Assembly: GCA_027334165.1 (NCBI GenBank)
Contig: DAHWXM010000005.1
Span: forward strand, 955 to 64,954
Reading direction: 5' to 3'
From: Candidatus Micrarchaeota archaeon
GTDB taxonomy: Archaea > Micrarchaeota > Micrarchaeia > Micrarchaeales > CABMGC01
Length of the DNA stretch: 64,000 bases
The position numbers and the translations under genes were made by a program. Shown in pieces: positions 9,406-17,647 of this stretch. The stretch's first letter is position 1, and every line of letters begins with the position of its first letter. Below the pieces are notes generated by a model. The model had not been told where the DNA came from and searched no databases. It saw nothing but the letters and a program-made list of their open reading frames with translations.

Positions 9406-9984
9406 ATGAACAATATTGCGAGAGCAGGTAAGAAGTTTAGGCTTCAGAGTGCCATGGAGTATCTGATGACCTATGGTTGGGCAATTCTGATTATTGCCGT
9501 AGTGCTTGGAGTTCTTTACTCGTTGGGAATCTTCAACGGTAACACCGCGCTCGGCACGTCATGTATATCTATACCTGGCTATCTCTGCCAGAACCCGTCG
9601 ATGACGAGCGCTGGCCTGCTGTCGTTCACGTTCGGACAGAACACAAACACAAATGCGTACAACGTTGGATTCGCGTGCGCCGCGGTCGCCTCGAGCACCG
9701 GCATGCCTAACACAGGCGCAACGAACCCTTGGATGTTCCCTTCATCAACGAGCGGTGCAGTATCTGGAACGATACCGGCCAACACGTACACCGCGCTTCC
9801 TGGCGGCCAGCTTACAATAACTGGGCTGCAGTGCTATGGCAGCACTGGCTCGGCGTTCAACCCTGGCGCGATAGGCGCCACGTACACCGGAAAGATCTGG
9901 CTCAACTACACGTCAACATCGGGAACCCCTAGCAGTAACTGGCTCACGAATCCGATAGCGACGCTGACAGTGAGGACCACATAA
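9406..9984 (+). CDS. type-IV-pilin-like protein with class III signal peptide (short form)
   Basis: MNNIARAGKKFRL-QSAMEYLMTYGWAILIIAVVLGVLYSLGIF has a basic N-terminus, conserved Q, Glu at +5 from Q, and a hydrophobic helix. TTTAAATA lies at 9361-9368. I trimmed track ORF 9316 to the ATG at 9406. Confidence 0.7.
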   Translation: MNNIARAGKKFRLQSAMEYLMTYGWAILIIAVVLGVLYSLGIFNGNTALGTSCISIPGYLCQNPSMTSAGLLSFTFGQNTNTNAYNVGFACAAVASSTGMPNTGATNPWMFPSSTSGAVSGTIPANTYTALPGGQLTITGLQCYGSTGSAFNPGAIGATYTGKIWLNYTSTSGTPSSNWLTNPIATLTVRTT

Positions 9985-10000
9985 CGGATCCGTTACAAGA

Positions 10001-10038
10001 CTGCAAGGCGCTTTTTGCCTTGCAGCCGTTCTTTTTTT
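10001..10038 (+). terminator. hairpin + oligo-T terminator after the pilin gene
   Basis: Perfect 9-bp stem CTGCAAGGC / GCCTTGCAG (10001-10009 / 10017-10025) with loop GCTTTTT, followed by T7 at 10032-10038. Confidence 0.5.
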
Positions 10039-10145
10039 CTTTCAAGTCTCGCTTGATAGAGCGTTTTTATAACCTTTTCCTGTTTATCTAATTGCGCGAC
10101 ACCGTAACGGCTCCGCGCCGTGCGTACGGTGTTTGGAGTGTTCAA

Positions 10146-11450
10146 ATGGATGTTCTTCACATATCGGATGTAAGGGAAACGGGAGCAAGCGTCAAATTAA
10201 GGGGATGGGTGCACAGGAAGAGGGTCAGCGGGGGCATAGCGTTCATAGTGATAAGGGACAGGACAGGCACGATACAGGTTGCTGTGAAGAAGGACGGCGT
10301 AGATCCTGAATCATGGAGGGCCGCCGAGGCGGTCACAGTGGAGTCCAGCGTGGAGGTCAACGGGATTGTGAAGGCGGATCCGCGCGCGCCAACTGGGTAC
10401 GAAGTCCAGGCGAGCAGCTTTTCCAGCACCGCCATATCGGAGCCTTATCCGATAACCGAGTATCAGAGCACAGAGCTCCTGCTCGACAAGAGGCACCTGT
10501 GGCTCAGGAGCCAGGGCATGACCGCAGTCATGCGTGCCAGGTCGTACGTATTCAGGCACGCAAGGGAGTTTCTGGACGGCCAGGAGTTCTTCGAGGTCAC
10601 TCCTCCGGTAATAACCAGCGCCGGCGGTGAGACTGGGGCCGACCTGTTCGAAGTGGATTACTTCGGAAAGAAGGCCTACCTTACGGAGTCGTCGCAGCTC
10701 TACGCCGAGGCCATGATATTCTCACTGGAGCGCGTGTACTCGTTCGTGCCGTCATTCAGGGCCGAGAAGTCGCGGACAACAAAGCACCTGGCCGAGTATT
10801 GGCACCTGGAGCCCGAGATGGCGTACTTCGACAACGAGATGAACATGAAACTGCAGGAGGGACTTATCAGCCACATAGCGACGAAGCTTGCAAGCGAGCA
10901 CGGAGACGTGCTCAAGGTGCTGAATGTGGACAGGGCCTCTCTGGAACGCATAAAGCCGCCGTTCAAGCGGCTGAGCTATGAGGACGCAATATCAATACTG
11001 AACGGCAAGGGTTTCAAGCTCAAGTGGGGCGACGACCTCGGCGTGGAGGAGGAGCGTGCCATAACTGCCGATGAGGACAAGCCCATATTCATATGCAATT
11101 GGCCAAAGGAGATAAAGCCTTTCTACATGCCGATAAATCCTGACGATCCGAGAACGGTCGTGTGTTCCGATATGCAGGCCCCTCACGGTCACGGCGAGAT
11201 AATAGGCGGCAGCGAGAGGATCTGGAAGTACGAGGAGCTCATAGCGCGCATGCGCGAGGTCGAGAAGGCAAAAGGGGTGAAGTTCAACATGGACAACTAC
11301 GGCTGGTGGATCGACCTCCGCCGCTACGGCTCGGTGCCTCACGCGGGATTTGGCATGGGCATAGAGCGCGTGATAAAGTGGATGCTCAATCTTGACCACA
11401 TCCGCGATGCGATACCTTTTCCAAGGATGTCCAACCGGCTGGAGCCGTGA
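10146..11450 (+). CDS. asnS: asparaginyl-tRNA synthetase
   Basis: Class IIb aaRS. FRAEKSRTTKHLAEYWHLEPEMAY matches the AsnRS-type EFWM.EPE.AF motif. The C-terminus is IPFPRMSNRLEP. I trimmed the start to ATG 10146 (MDVLHISDV). Confidence 0.8.
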   Translation: MDVLHISDVRETGASVKLRGWVHRKRVSGGIAFIVIRDRTGTIQVAVKKDGVDPESWRAAEAVTVESSVEVNGIVKADPRAPTGYEVQASSFSSTAISEPYPITEYQSTELLLDKRHLWLRSQGMTAVMRARSYVFRHAREFLDGQEFFEVTPPVITSAGGETGADLFEVDYFGKKAYLTESSQLYAEAMIFSLERVYSFVPSFRAEKSRTTKHLAEYWHLEPEMAYFDNEMNMKLQEGLISHIATKLASEHGDVLKVLNVDRASLERIKPPFKRLSYEDAISILNGKGFKLKWGDDLGVEEERAITADEDKPIFICNWPKEIKPFYMPINPDDPRTVVCSDMQAPHGHGEIIGGSERIWKYEELIARMREVEKAKGVKFNMDNYGWWIDLRRYGSVPHAGFGMGIERVIKWMLNLDHIRDAIPFPRMSNRLEP

Positions 11451-11540
11451 GCTTCAGGCAAAAAAGCATGTATGGCCCAGCCGCAAAAAGCTTAGATAAC
11501 TTATTTAAATCTCTTTTTTTATTGGTTAATAAGTGATATA

Positions 11541-12311
11541 ATGAGTGGAATTGAAACTCCGAGCGGAGCGGCAGTTGTTATTGGTTGCATGGACAGGAGG
11601 CTCGTCGGCACCCTGAGGCTTTTCGAGAACGATGCAGATTCGCCGATGACACTCGCGCAGAAGCTGGGAAATCTCTCAAACCTGTACAAGGTACACGATA
11701 GGAACTATGAAGAACTTCGCCGACTCATAACCGAGACTCACGGAAAGAAAGTCATCATACTGTCAAACGCTGGCGCCAACGTGCGTGGTCTTGAAGCGAC
11801 GCTAAAAGGCATATCCAAAACTGACGGCATATCACGCATAATCCTGTTGCCGCACAACATGTGCGGAGGCATGTCTCTGGTAGCAAAGGGCTTATACGAG
11901 CACGCAACGGAGGAGTCCGATGCGTTCTTCGGGCACCTCCACGGCTCTCTGTACTCGGCTGCGCTCACTTCCGGCGCAGAACTCAAGGACGTGCAGGAAA
12001 AGGCGGAACGCCTGAATCCGGATATACAGCGCGAAGCGGCTGGGAAATTCTCGAAGTCGGTCGATGTCGTTTTCGTAGATCTCAACAAAATCAATCTTAA
12101 CGAGGAAGGAATCGAACACTACGCGATCGTTGCCTTGCCTGGCAGATACGCGGTAAATTTCAATGGCACTCCGCGTGACCAGACGTACGGCATATTTGGC
12201 CTCACGGGCGACACGAAAATCGATGTGAAGATAGCCGGAGATGCACTTGGAATACACCACTTCATAGACCTGACCGTCAAGGGCGGCCCGAGGAAAAAAC
12301 TCAAGTCCTGA
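11541..12311 (+). CDS. beta-carbonic-anhydrase-like protein with extra C-terminal region
   Basis: VVIGCMDRRL and ILLPHNMCGGM resemble the C.D.R ... H..CG zinc-ligand motifs of cab-type beta-CA. The remainder is unassigned. Confidence 0.45.
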   Translation: MSGIETPSGAAVVIGCMDRRLVGTLRLFENDADSPMTLAQKLGNLSNLYKVHDRNYEELRRLITETHGKKVIILSNAGANVRGLEATLKGISKTDGISRIILLPHNMCGGMSLVAKGLYEHATEESDAFFGHLHGSLYSAALTSGAELKDVQEKAERLNPDIQREAAGKFSKSVDVVFVDLNKINLNEEGIEHYAIVALPGRYAVNFNGTPRDQTYGIFGLTGDTKIDVKIAGDALGIHHFIDLTVKGGPRKKLKS

Positions 12312-12366
12312 TGCCGACATCGGCGTGCATTTCCAACGAATTCGGACGCAGTTTAATCGTCAGCGG

Positions 12367-12942
12367 TTATCCCTTTTCGCTGCCAAACAAATTCCTCAGT
12401 ATGGCTGCCAACTCCGGCTCCATGCCAGATTCCGCCTTTCTGAACGCTTCTCTCGCGGCATCGAATTTTTCCGTTGAAATCCGCGTGGAGGAAGAAGACA
12501 CATCGCGTTCCGTGCGCTCCAGCCGCTCATCAACGCACACCACGCTCGCGTTTATTATGAATCTCATATCCGCTCTCGCATCCACGTCGAGCCCCCTGTT
12601 TGGATCGTCGAAATCGACAATTACGTAACCGCTTCCCGAAAAGTGATACGACCTTTCGCGCTCCGTCACCGTTTCCGGCGCGTCTATCCTTACGAATCCC
12701 CCCTCTGCGTTTATCCCGTAATAACCTGAACTTAGAAGGCCCTTCTGCGCCACGAATGCCGGACCGTTTTCCATGAGCTCTTTCCTGAACCGCCTGTTTT
12801 TTCTGTATTCCCGCGCCGCTTCCATTAGCGTGGCATAGCGGCAGCCTTCAGGTACCGCAACTTGCATGTCCTGCAGGGAAACGCGTTTCTCCGACAGGAA
12901 CACCCTGAATGTCTCCCTATTTGAAAATGATTTTTTCTCCAT
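12367..12942 (-). CDS. hypothetical protein
   Basis: 191-aa ORF with genome-typical codon usage (AGG/ATA/AAG). I recognise no motif. The opposite-strand ORF 12311..12628 looks like a shadow. Confidence 0.5.
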   Translation of the reverse strand: MEKKSFSNRETFRVFLSEKRVSLQDMQVAVPEGCRYATLMEAAREYRKNRRFRKELMENGPAFVAQKGLLSSGYYGINAEGGFVRIDAPETVTERERSYHFSGSGYVIVDFDDPNRGLDVDARADMRFIINASVVCVDERLERTERDVSSSSTRISTEKFDAAREAFRKAESGMEPELAAILRNLFGSEKG

Positions 12943-13033
12943 CCGCTACACTCTAGTCTTTCCGTAAACCATGCGAGTGTGGTTTTTCCAACATTATAAA
13001 GTTAAGCTCTCATGTCTTCGTGCCTATAAAAAG

Positions 13034-13108
13034 CGGGCATGACGGGATTTGAACCCGCAACCAACGGCTCCGCAAGCCGACATGCTATCCAAGTTACACC
13101 ACATGCCC
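13034..13108 (-). tRNA. tRNA-Arg (anticodon GCG)
   Basis: The reverse complement GGGCATGTGGTGTAACTTGGATAGCATGTCGGCTTGCGGAGCCGTTGGTTGCGGGTTCAAATCCCGTCATGCCCG folds as a cloverleaf. Acceptor is GGGCATG/CATGCCC, anticodon loop TTGCGGA, T-arm GCGGG-TTCAAAT-CCCGT. No CCA is encoded. Confidence 0.85.
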
Positions 13109-13301
13109 TTTGTACCTATTACTTATCCTACCACATATTAATATTATGGCGTAGTGCCAAAGGCAGCGTTCTCTTCCGTCGTAAGCCGGCCGGGATTTTT
13201 GCAAAACATGCGCAATATTGCGACGTATATATGTATTTTACTGACGGACGGAATAGAATAGGTATAAAAAGATATCTGTTATATGTATAATCGGTGAACA
13301 A

Positions 13302-13547
13302 ATGCCAGAAAGAGTTGTAGACGAAAAAATAAGCAGGGAAGACGGGTATCTGTATTTCCTTGGGAAGGACGGTTATGCGTGGAGAACCCCAATGAAAAAC
13401 AACCCTAGGGGCAGAAAGCAGAAGGTCGGGTCCGAGAAGGTCTCAAGAGAGGAAGGCTACCTTTATTTCATCGACAAGAACGGATACGTCGCAAGGACGA
13501 AGATGAACAGGAAGGGAAGAGTCGCCGCGAAGAGAAGAAGGAGATAA
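13302..13547 (+). CDS. small basic protein with internal tandem repeat
   Basis: There are two copies of the same ~25-aa unit: ISREDGYLYFLGKDGYAWRTPMKNNPRGRK and VSREEGYLYFIDKNGYVARTKMNRKGR. The tail is RRRR. SD-like GGTGA sits 5 nt upstream and TATAAAAA about 35 nt upstream. Confidence 0.55.
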   Translation: MPERVVDEKISREDGYLYFLGKDGYAWRTPMKNNPRGRKQKVGSEKVSREEGYLYFIDKNGYVARTKMNRKGRVAAKRRRR

Positions 13548-13567
13548 ACGCTCAAGCTCTTAAAATC

Positions 13568-13589
13568 TTTTTGTTTTTTTACCCTTTTT
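13568..13589 (+). terminator. oligo-T terminator region
   Basis: T5, T7 and T5 runs lie within 22 nt, just after the stop at 13547. Confidence 0.35.
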
Positions 13590-13693
13590 ATTTTATTTTC
13601 TATTCCTTTTGTTTTTACTTTTCGAATTGCGCCCTCATCGGGATTGCAGACGCACCGATAACCTTAAAACACCAGCGTACATGTTAATACTGC

Positions 13694-14284
13694 ATGGAAT
13701 CCGCTGACGATGTGGAGTCGCTGAAAAAATATAACGGGCTGTATCTAGAGATCATAAACAGGTACAGGGATTACATAGAGGAGCATGAGAATCTTTACAT
13801 CGCTGAGCTCCCCAAGCTCGTCAAACCGGATGAAAAGTCGGTTGCCGCATTCGCTTCTGCGCTGACCGCCAAGATGGATGGGTACGGCTACGACCGCGAT
13901 TTTCCAAAGGCCGCCATGGCTGCGTTTGCCCATGTGAACGAGGCAATAGCCTCCGCGGTGACTCCGGTGCAGTTCTGGCTCGCCCCGGAGCAGACCCTTT
14001 CTCTCAGGTGCGGCGATTCGTTCGACAAGGCCGTACTGCTGTGCAGCCTGATCATAGCGCTGGGGAACCCTTCCTCAAGAATAATCATAGCGACTGGGGA
14101 CAACTACCGCGTTTTCCTTGTTTACTTCGAATTCAACGGAGAACTGACAGTAATGGACATAGAGGCAAAGAAGAGCAGCGCGTTCAAGAGCAAGGAGGAG
14201 ATACTTCGCGCGTACGATATAAAGGACGGCGAGAGCTCGTCCGCATACGAGTTCAACAACAAGATGTACATAGACATAGCGTAG
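13694..14284 (+). CDS. hypothetical protein, transglutaminase-like core (Cys present, His not evident)
   Basis: RCGDSFDKAVLLCSLIIALGNPSSRIIIA resembles the G.C.dfa.l...l.ra.G.p.R segment of transglutaminase-like cysteine peptidases. Confidence 0.45.
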   Translation: MESADDVESLKKYNGLYLEIINRYRDYIEEHENLYIAELPKLVKPDEKSVAAFASALTAKMDGYGYDRDFPKAAMAAFAHVNEAIASAVTPVQFWLAPEQTLSLRCGDSFDKAVLLCSLIIALGNPSSRIIIATGDNYRVFLVYFEFNGELTVMDIEAKKSSAFKSKEEILRAYDIKDGESSSAYEFNNKMYIDIA

Positions 14285-14311
14285 CGGACCGTGCGCCCCA
14301 AGCGCGCGCGG

Positions 14312-14428
14312 CTATTTCCTGTACTTCTTGAATCTCTTCTTGGCTATCTTCCTGAGCCTTGCGCGCTTAGTTATCTTCCTCTGCGCCTTGCCAACTCTCC
14401 TTTTCTTCTTGCTAACAGTTCTCTGCAT
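14312..14428 (-). CDS. 38-aa ultra-basic small protein (ribosomal-protein-like); below ORF-track cutoff
   Basis: My translation: MQRTVSKKKRRVGKAQRKITKRARLRKIAKKRFKKYRK*. GAGGT sits 7 nt upstream of the ATG (cactGAGGTattcgaATG). TTTATATA lies on the same strand near 14510-14517. Confidence 0.4.
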   Translation of the reverse strand: MQRTVSKKKRRVGKAQRKITKRARLRKIAKKRFKKYRK

Positions 14429-14557
14429 TCGAATACCTCAGTGTGTTGCACGCCGCGACAGAGCCTGCTGCGGATGCAAATTCCTGACGCTAAGGATTAC
14501 ACGCAGAAATATATAAATCATGCTGAAGCGAGCCTTTTCGCCAACCACCATTGCGGC

Positions 14558-15616
14558 TTACATCCAGTTGCCGATGCCTCTCTGCCCCCTTTTCTGCCTG
14601 GATGCCGAAAGCTTCTCGACCGACTTCCTTATCCGCTCCTCAGAGAACCCGTGCTCCCTGCACATGAAATCGACCAGGGCTTCCTCGTCAAGCGAGCACC
14701 TTTTTCCGATCTCATTGAAATCCGACATGCTCATGCCGGTAACCTCCGGCTCGAGGAACAGTCTCTCGACCTCTTCGGGATCCGAGTCAAACTCCTTGCC
14801 GTACTTCTCCTTTATGTGGGCGGTTATCTCCCGCAAGCTTGCATGGCTTTTCGCTATCTTTAGCGCGGTCATCGGGCCTATCCCTCTTATGCCGGAATTG
14901 AAGTCCGTGCCTATCATCATGCCTATCCACACCAGCTGCCTGCGGCTGATGCCGAACCGCCCGAGCAAGCTTTCCAGTTCTATCCTTTCCAATTCCACAT
15001 TCACGTACACATTCTTTCCCTGGAGTTTTCTCCTGCCGCTCAGGGCAAAATTCCTGATAACTATGTCGGCTCCGAAAAGGAACGAATCGTAATCCTGGCT
15101 TGCAGATGCGTAAACCAGCCCGTCCCTCACCATGCTGGCCGCCTGTGCCTCTCCCTCGCTTGGAGCCTGCACGTATGGGATGCCCATCAGCTCGAGCAGC
15201 TCCTTGGAACTGTCTATTATCTCCTTGTTTATCTTTGTGCTGACCATCGCGTATGCCCTTGCCTCCGCGAGCATGCCCTCGGCCCTCGCCGCCTCCCATT
15301 TCCTCTCAGCCTCCCGCCTCCTGCTGGCCCTTGCCTGTAGTGTGCGCTCCTTCAGCACCGGAGGTATGCCATCGAATACGAATACCGGGCTTATTCCGTA
15401 CTCAAGGAAGTTTGACGTTCTGTACAGCAGTCCTGACAGATGGCTCGTAACACGCCCATGCTCATCGCGCAGCGGCGTGCCGTCTGGCTGCCGTATTATC
15501 GAAAGGAATTGGTAAATGGTATTGAATGCATCAATGGCGACTCCCTTTCCAGACAGGTCATCGAAGTCTATCTTCTGCTTCACCACAGAGACTAACTTGC
15601 TTATGTCTACAGCCAA
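14558..15616 (-). CDS. fen: flap endonuclease 1
   Basis: MAVDISKLV...GKGVAIDAFNTIYQFLSIIRQPDGTPLRDEHGRVTSHLSGLLYRTSNFLEYGISPVFVFDG is the canonical archaeal FEN-1 N-domain. Confidence 0.95.
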   Translation of the reverse strand: MAVDISKLVSVVKQKIDFDDLSGKGVAIDAFNTIYQFLSIIRQPDGTPLRDEHGRVTSHLSGLLYRTSNFLEYGISPVFVFDGIPPVLKERTLQARASRRREAERKWEAARAEGMLAEARAYAMVSTKINKEIIDSSKELLELMGIPYVQAPSEGEAQAASMVRDGLVYASASQDYDSFLFGADIVIRNFALSGRRKLQGKNVYVNVELERIELESLLGRFGISRRQLVWIGMMIGTDFNSGIRGIGPMTALKIAKSHASLREITAHIKEKYGKEFDSDPEEVERLFLEPEVTGMSMSDFNEIGKRCSLDEEALVDFMCREHGFSEERIRKSVEKLSASRQKRGQRGIGNWM

Positions 15617-15631
15617 GCGAAATCACCCTAT

Positions 15632-16090
15632 TCACTTCTTGTCCTTCCTTATGGCAAGGTCGCCGAGAGTCAATGGCTCATTGGGCCCGCGTGCAGGCGC
15701 GCTCTTCTCTGCCTTTACCTCCTGCGTGAGCCTGACATTAAGTTCCCGTTCCAGCTTCATGATCATCCTGTCATCCGGAAGCAGCTTCTGGTTCTCTATC
15801 CTCACTAGGACGCTCTCCTTCTCGTTTATCCTCTCTGCCAGCACCTTTGTCGGTATTCCGACCGCCATGCGCGCATTCCTTATCCTGCGGCCATAGTCCT
15901 GGACGATCTCGAACTCCTGCTCCTGCGACTGCCTGCGTATTGCGGTTGGCTGCCTTTCCTGCTGACTTTTTATCACCCTTATCGGGGTCTTTCCCCTTGC
16001 ACAACCTGCACACAGGTTCATCACCGCGCTCTCCACCTCGACAACGTATATCGTATCGGTCTTTCTTCCGCATATATCGCAATCGTCCAT
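15632..16090 (-). CDS. mbf1: archaeal multiprotein bridging factor 1 (Zn-ribbon + HTH)
   Basis: N-terminal CDICGRK...CAGCARGK zinc ribbon plus cro/C1-type HTH IRNARMAVGIPTKVLAERINEKESVLVRIE. Confidence 0.85.
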   Translation of the reverse strand: MDDCDICGRKTDTIYVVEVESAVMNLCAGCARGKTPIRVIKSQQERQPTAIRRQSQEQEFEIVQDYGRRIRNARMAVGIPTKVLAERINEKESVLVRIENQKLLPDDRMIMKLERELNVRLTQEVKAEKSAPARGPNEPLTLGDLAIRKDKK

Positions 16091-16151
16091 GGCGTTCCCC
16101 TCTTCACCAATACTTATATATTCTGATAGAAATAAAAGCTAACTGCATACC

Positions 16152-17636
16152 ATGTCCTCAAAGCCGAGCGGGAAAACGCCGAATCCGCGTGCACCGCGGA
16201 GAGGCGTCGAATCCGCAATAATAGTCCTAGCCGAGATTCTGCTGCTCTACGCGATGTGGAACGGCGGGCTCCCTCTGCCAGTTTCGATAACCGTCGCACT
16301 AATATCTCTTATCGTGTCTGGCACCCTCATATCCCGTGCAAATGGCTTTCCCGGGGGCTACGGCCTGTATCTTGTCAAGACCAGGCGCGGCCTGAGAACC
16401 ATAGATGAAGTGGCCGTGAAGCACCGTCGCATCTGGACCGCAATTGTGGACTGGGGATTCGTGCTCTCGTTCGGCATACTCTCATACGTGTTCTTCAGGA
16501 AGTACGTCTCAAGGAAGATGCTCGCACTTGGCACGCTTTCCATAATAATCTTTCAGATAGCTATATTGCCATACCTTGCAGTATCCATGTCGTTGGTAAG
16601 CCTGCCACGGTTTGCAGTGCAGCAGCAGGCCACATACGCACAGAGTCCCGGAGTGATGCAATACATCGGCGTTGCGTTTGCCGTGATATCCGTCATCGGG
16701 GGATTTGCTTCATACATGATGGCGCAGCTGCTGTTCCTGGCAGGAATAGTCATCAAGGACATAGCGCTCTTTGCAATAAACGCGCTCACTTTGCATGGCA
16801 TAACCGTGACGGCGCAATCTCTTCCAGCACCAGCAGGCGTGCCCGTGCTAATAATCCCGTTCCTTGAACCGCAGATAGCACTCCCACTGGTGCTCTCACT
16901 GATCCTCTTGATAACACTGCACGAGGTGTCGCACGGCGTTATAGCAAGGCACAGCCGTATACGCCTGAAATCCGTCGGGTCAATACTTTTCGGCATAATC
17001 CCCGCCGGTGCGTTCGTGGAACCAGATGAAAAGAGCATACTAAAACTTCCTAAGATGCAGCAGGACAAGATATCCATCGCGGGCATATCCATGAACATGT
17101 TCCTCGCGGCGCTGTCATTTGTGCCACTGGTGTTGATGCTGTACCTCGTGATGCCCGGCATTATGGCGAACCACATCGTAGTGACATCAACCGCCCATGG
17201 ATCTCCCGCGGCAAACGCGTCGCTTGCAGGTTCGACAATACTCGAATGGAATCACCACCAGATAAGCAATCTGTCGGACTTGGAAACCGCGGCGTCTTCA
17301 GACCTCCCTGGAAGTACCGTCGTGATTACCACGCAGAATAGGACCCTAAGCCTCACCGCCAACAGTACTGGCAAGGTTGGCGTGTTCCTGTCTGAAGAGT
17401 CGGTGCCGAAGAGCAATGACCCGGCATCGTCTCTGGTGTATTTCGTGTACGTCTTCCTTGCGCTCTCGTTCATGCTGAACTTCTACCTAGCCGTGTTCAA
17501 CGTGCTCCCGATACCGTTCTTTGACGGTTTCAGGATATACAAGCTGAACATGAATCCCAGAATGCTAAACCTGCTCGTGGCTGTGACGCTTGCGGCATTC
17601 TTCCTGCTGTTCGTACCCTGGCTTTGGAGTGCCTGA
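16152..17636 (+). CDS. site-2 protease (M50 metalloprotease) with inserted PDZ-like region
   Basis: Polytopic membrane protein with HEVSHGVIA (HExxH) and NVLPIPFFDGFRI (NxxPxxxxDG). Confidence 0.85.
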   Translation: MSSKPSGKTPNPRAPRRGVESAIIVLAEILLLYAMWNGGLPLPVSITVALISLIVSGTLISRANGFPGGYGLYLVKTRRGLRTIDEVAVKHRRIWTAIVDWGFVLSFGILSYVFFRKYVSRKMLALGTLSIIIFQIAILPYLAVSMSLVSLPRFAVQQQATYAQSPGVMQYIGVAFAVISVIGGFASYMMAQLLFLAGIVIKDIALFAINALTLHGITVTAQSLPAPAGVPVLIIPFLEPQIALPLVLSLILLITLHEVSHGVIARHSRIRLKSVGSILFGIIPAGAFVEPDEKSILKLPKMQQDKISIAGISMNMFLAALSFVPLVLMLYLVMPGIMANHIVVTSTAHGSPAANASLAGSTILEWNHHQISNLSDLETAASSDLPGSTVVITTQNRTLSLTANSTGKVGVFLSEESVPKSNDPASSLVYFVYVFLALSFMLNFYLAVFNVLPIPFFDGFRIYKLNMNPRMLNLLVAVTLAAFFLLFVPWLWSA

Positions 17637-17647
17637 GCCAACGGCGT

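Noticed and set aside
10092-11450. Duplicate aspS (two class IIb synthetases in the window)
   Set aside because: They are not duplicates. This copy has the AsnRS-type EYWHLEPEMAY and ...PFPR endings. Gene 58108..59466 has the archaeal AspRS ending [10 protein letters not shown].
13039-13290. 83-aa plus-strand ORF
   Set aside because: Its first 70 nt are the antisense of tRNA-Arg(GCG). The remainder is AT-rich promoter DNA for the 13302 gene.
14291-15092. Two 190-aa plus-strand ORFs (14291..14863 and 14520..15092) and other plus-strand ORFs up to 15896
   Set aside because: They are antisense to fen, mbf1 and the small basic ORF. Their translations are S/L/P-rich with no motifs.
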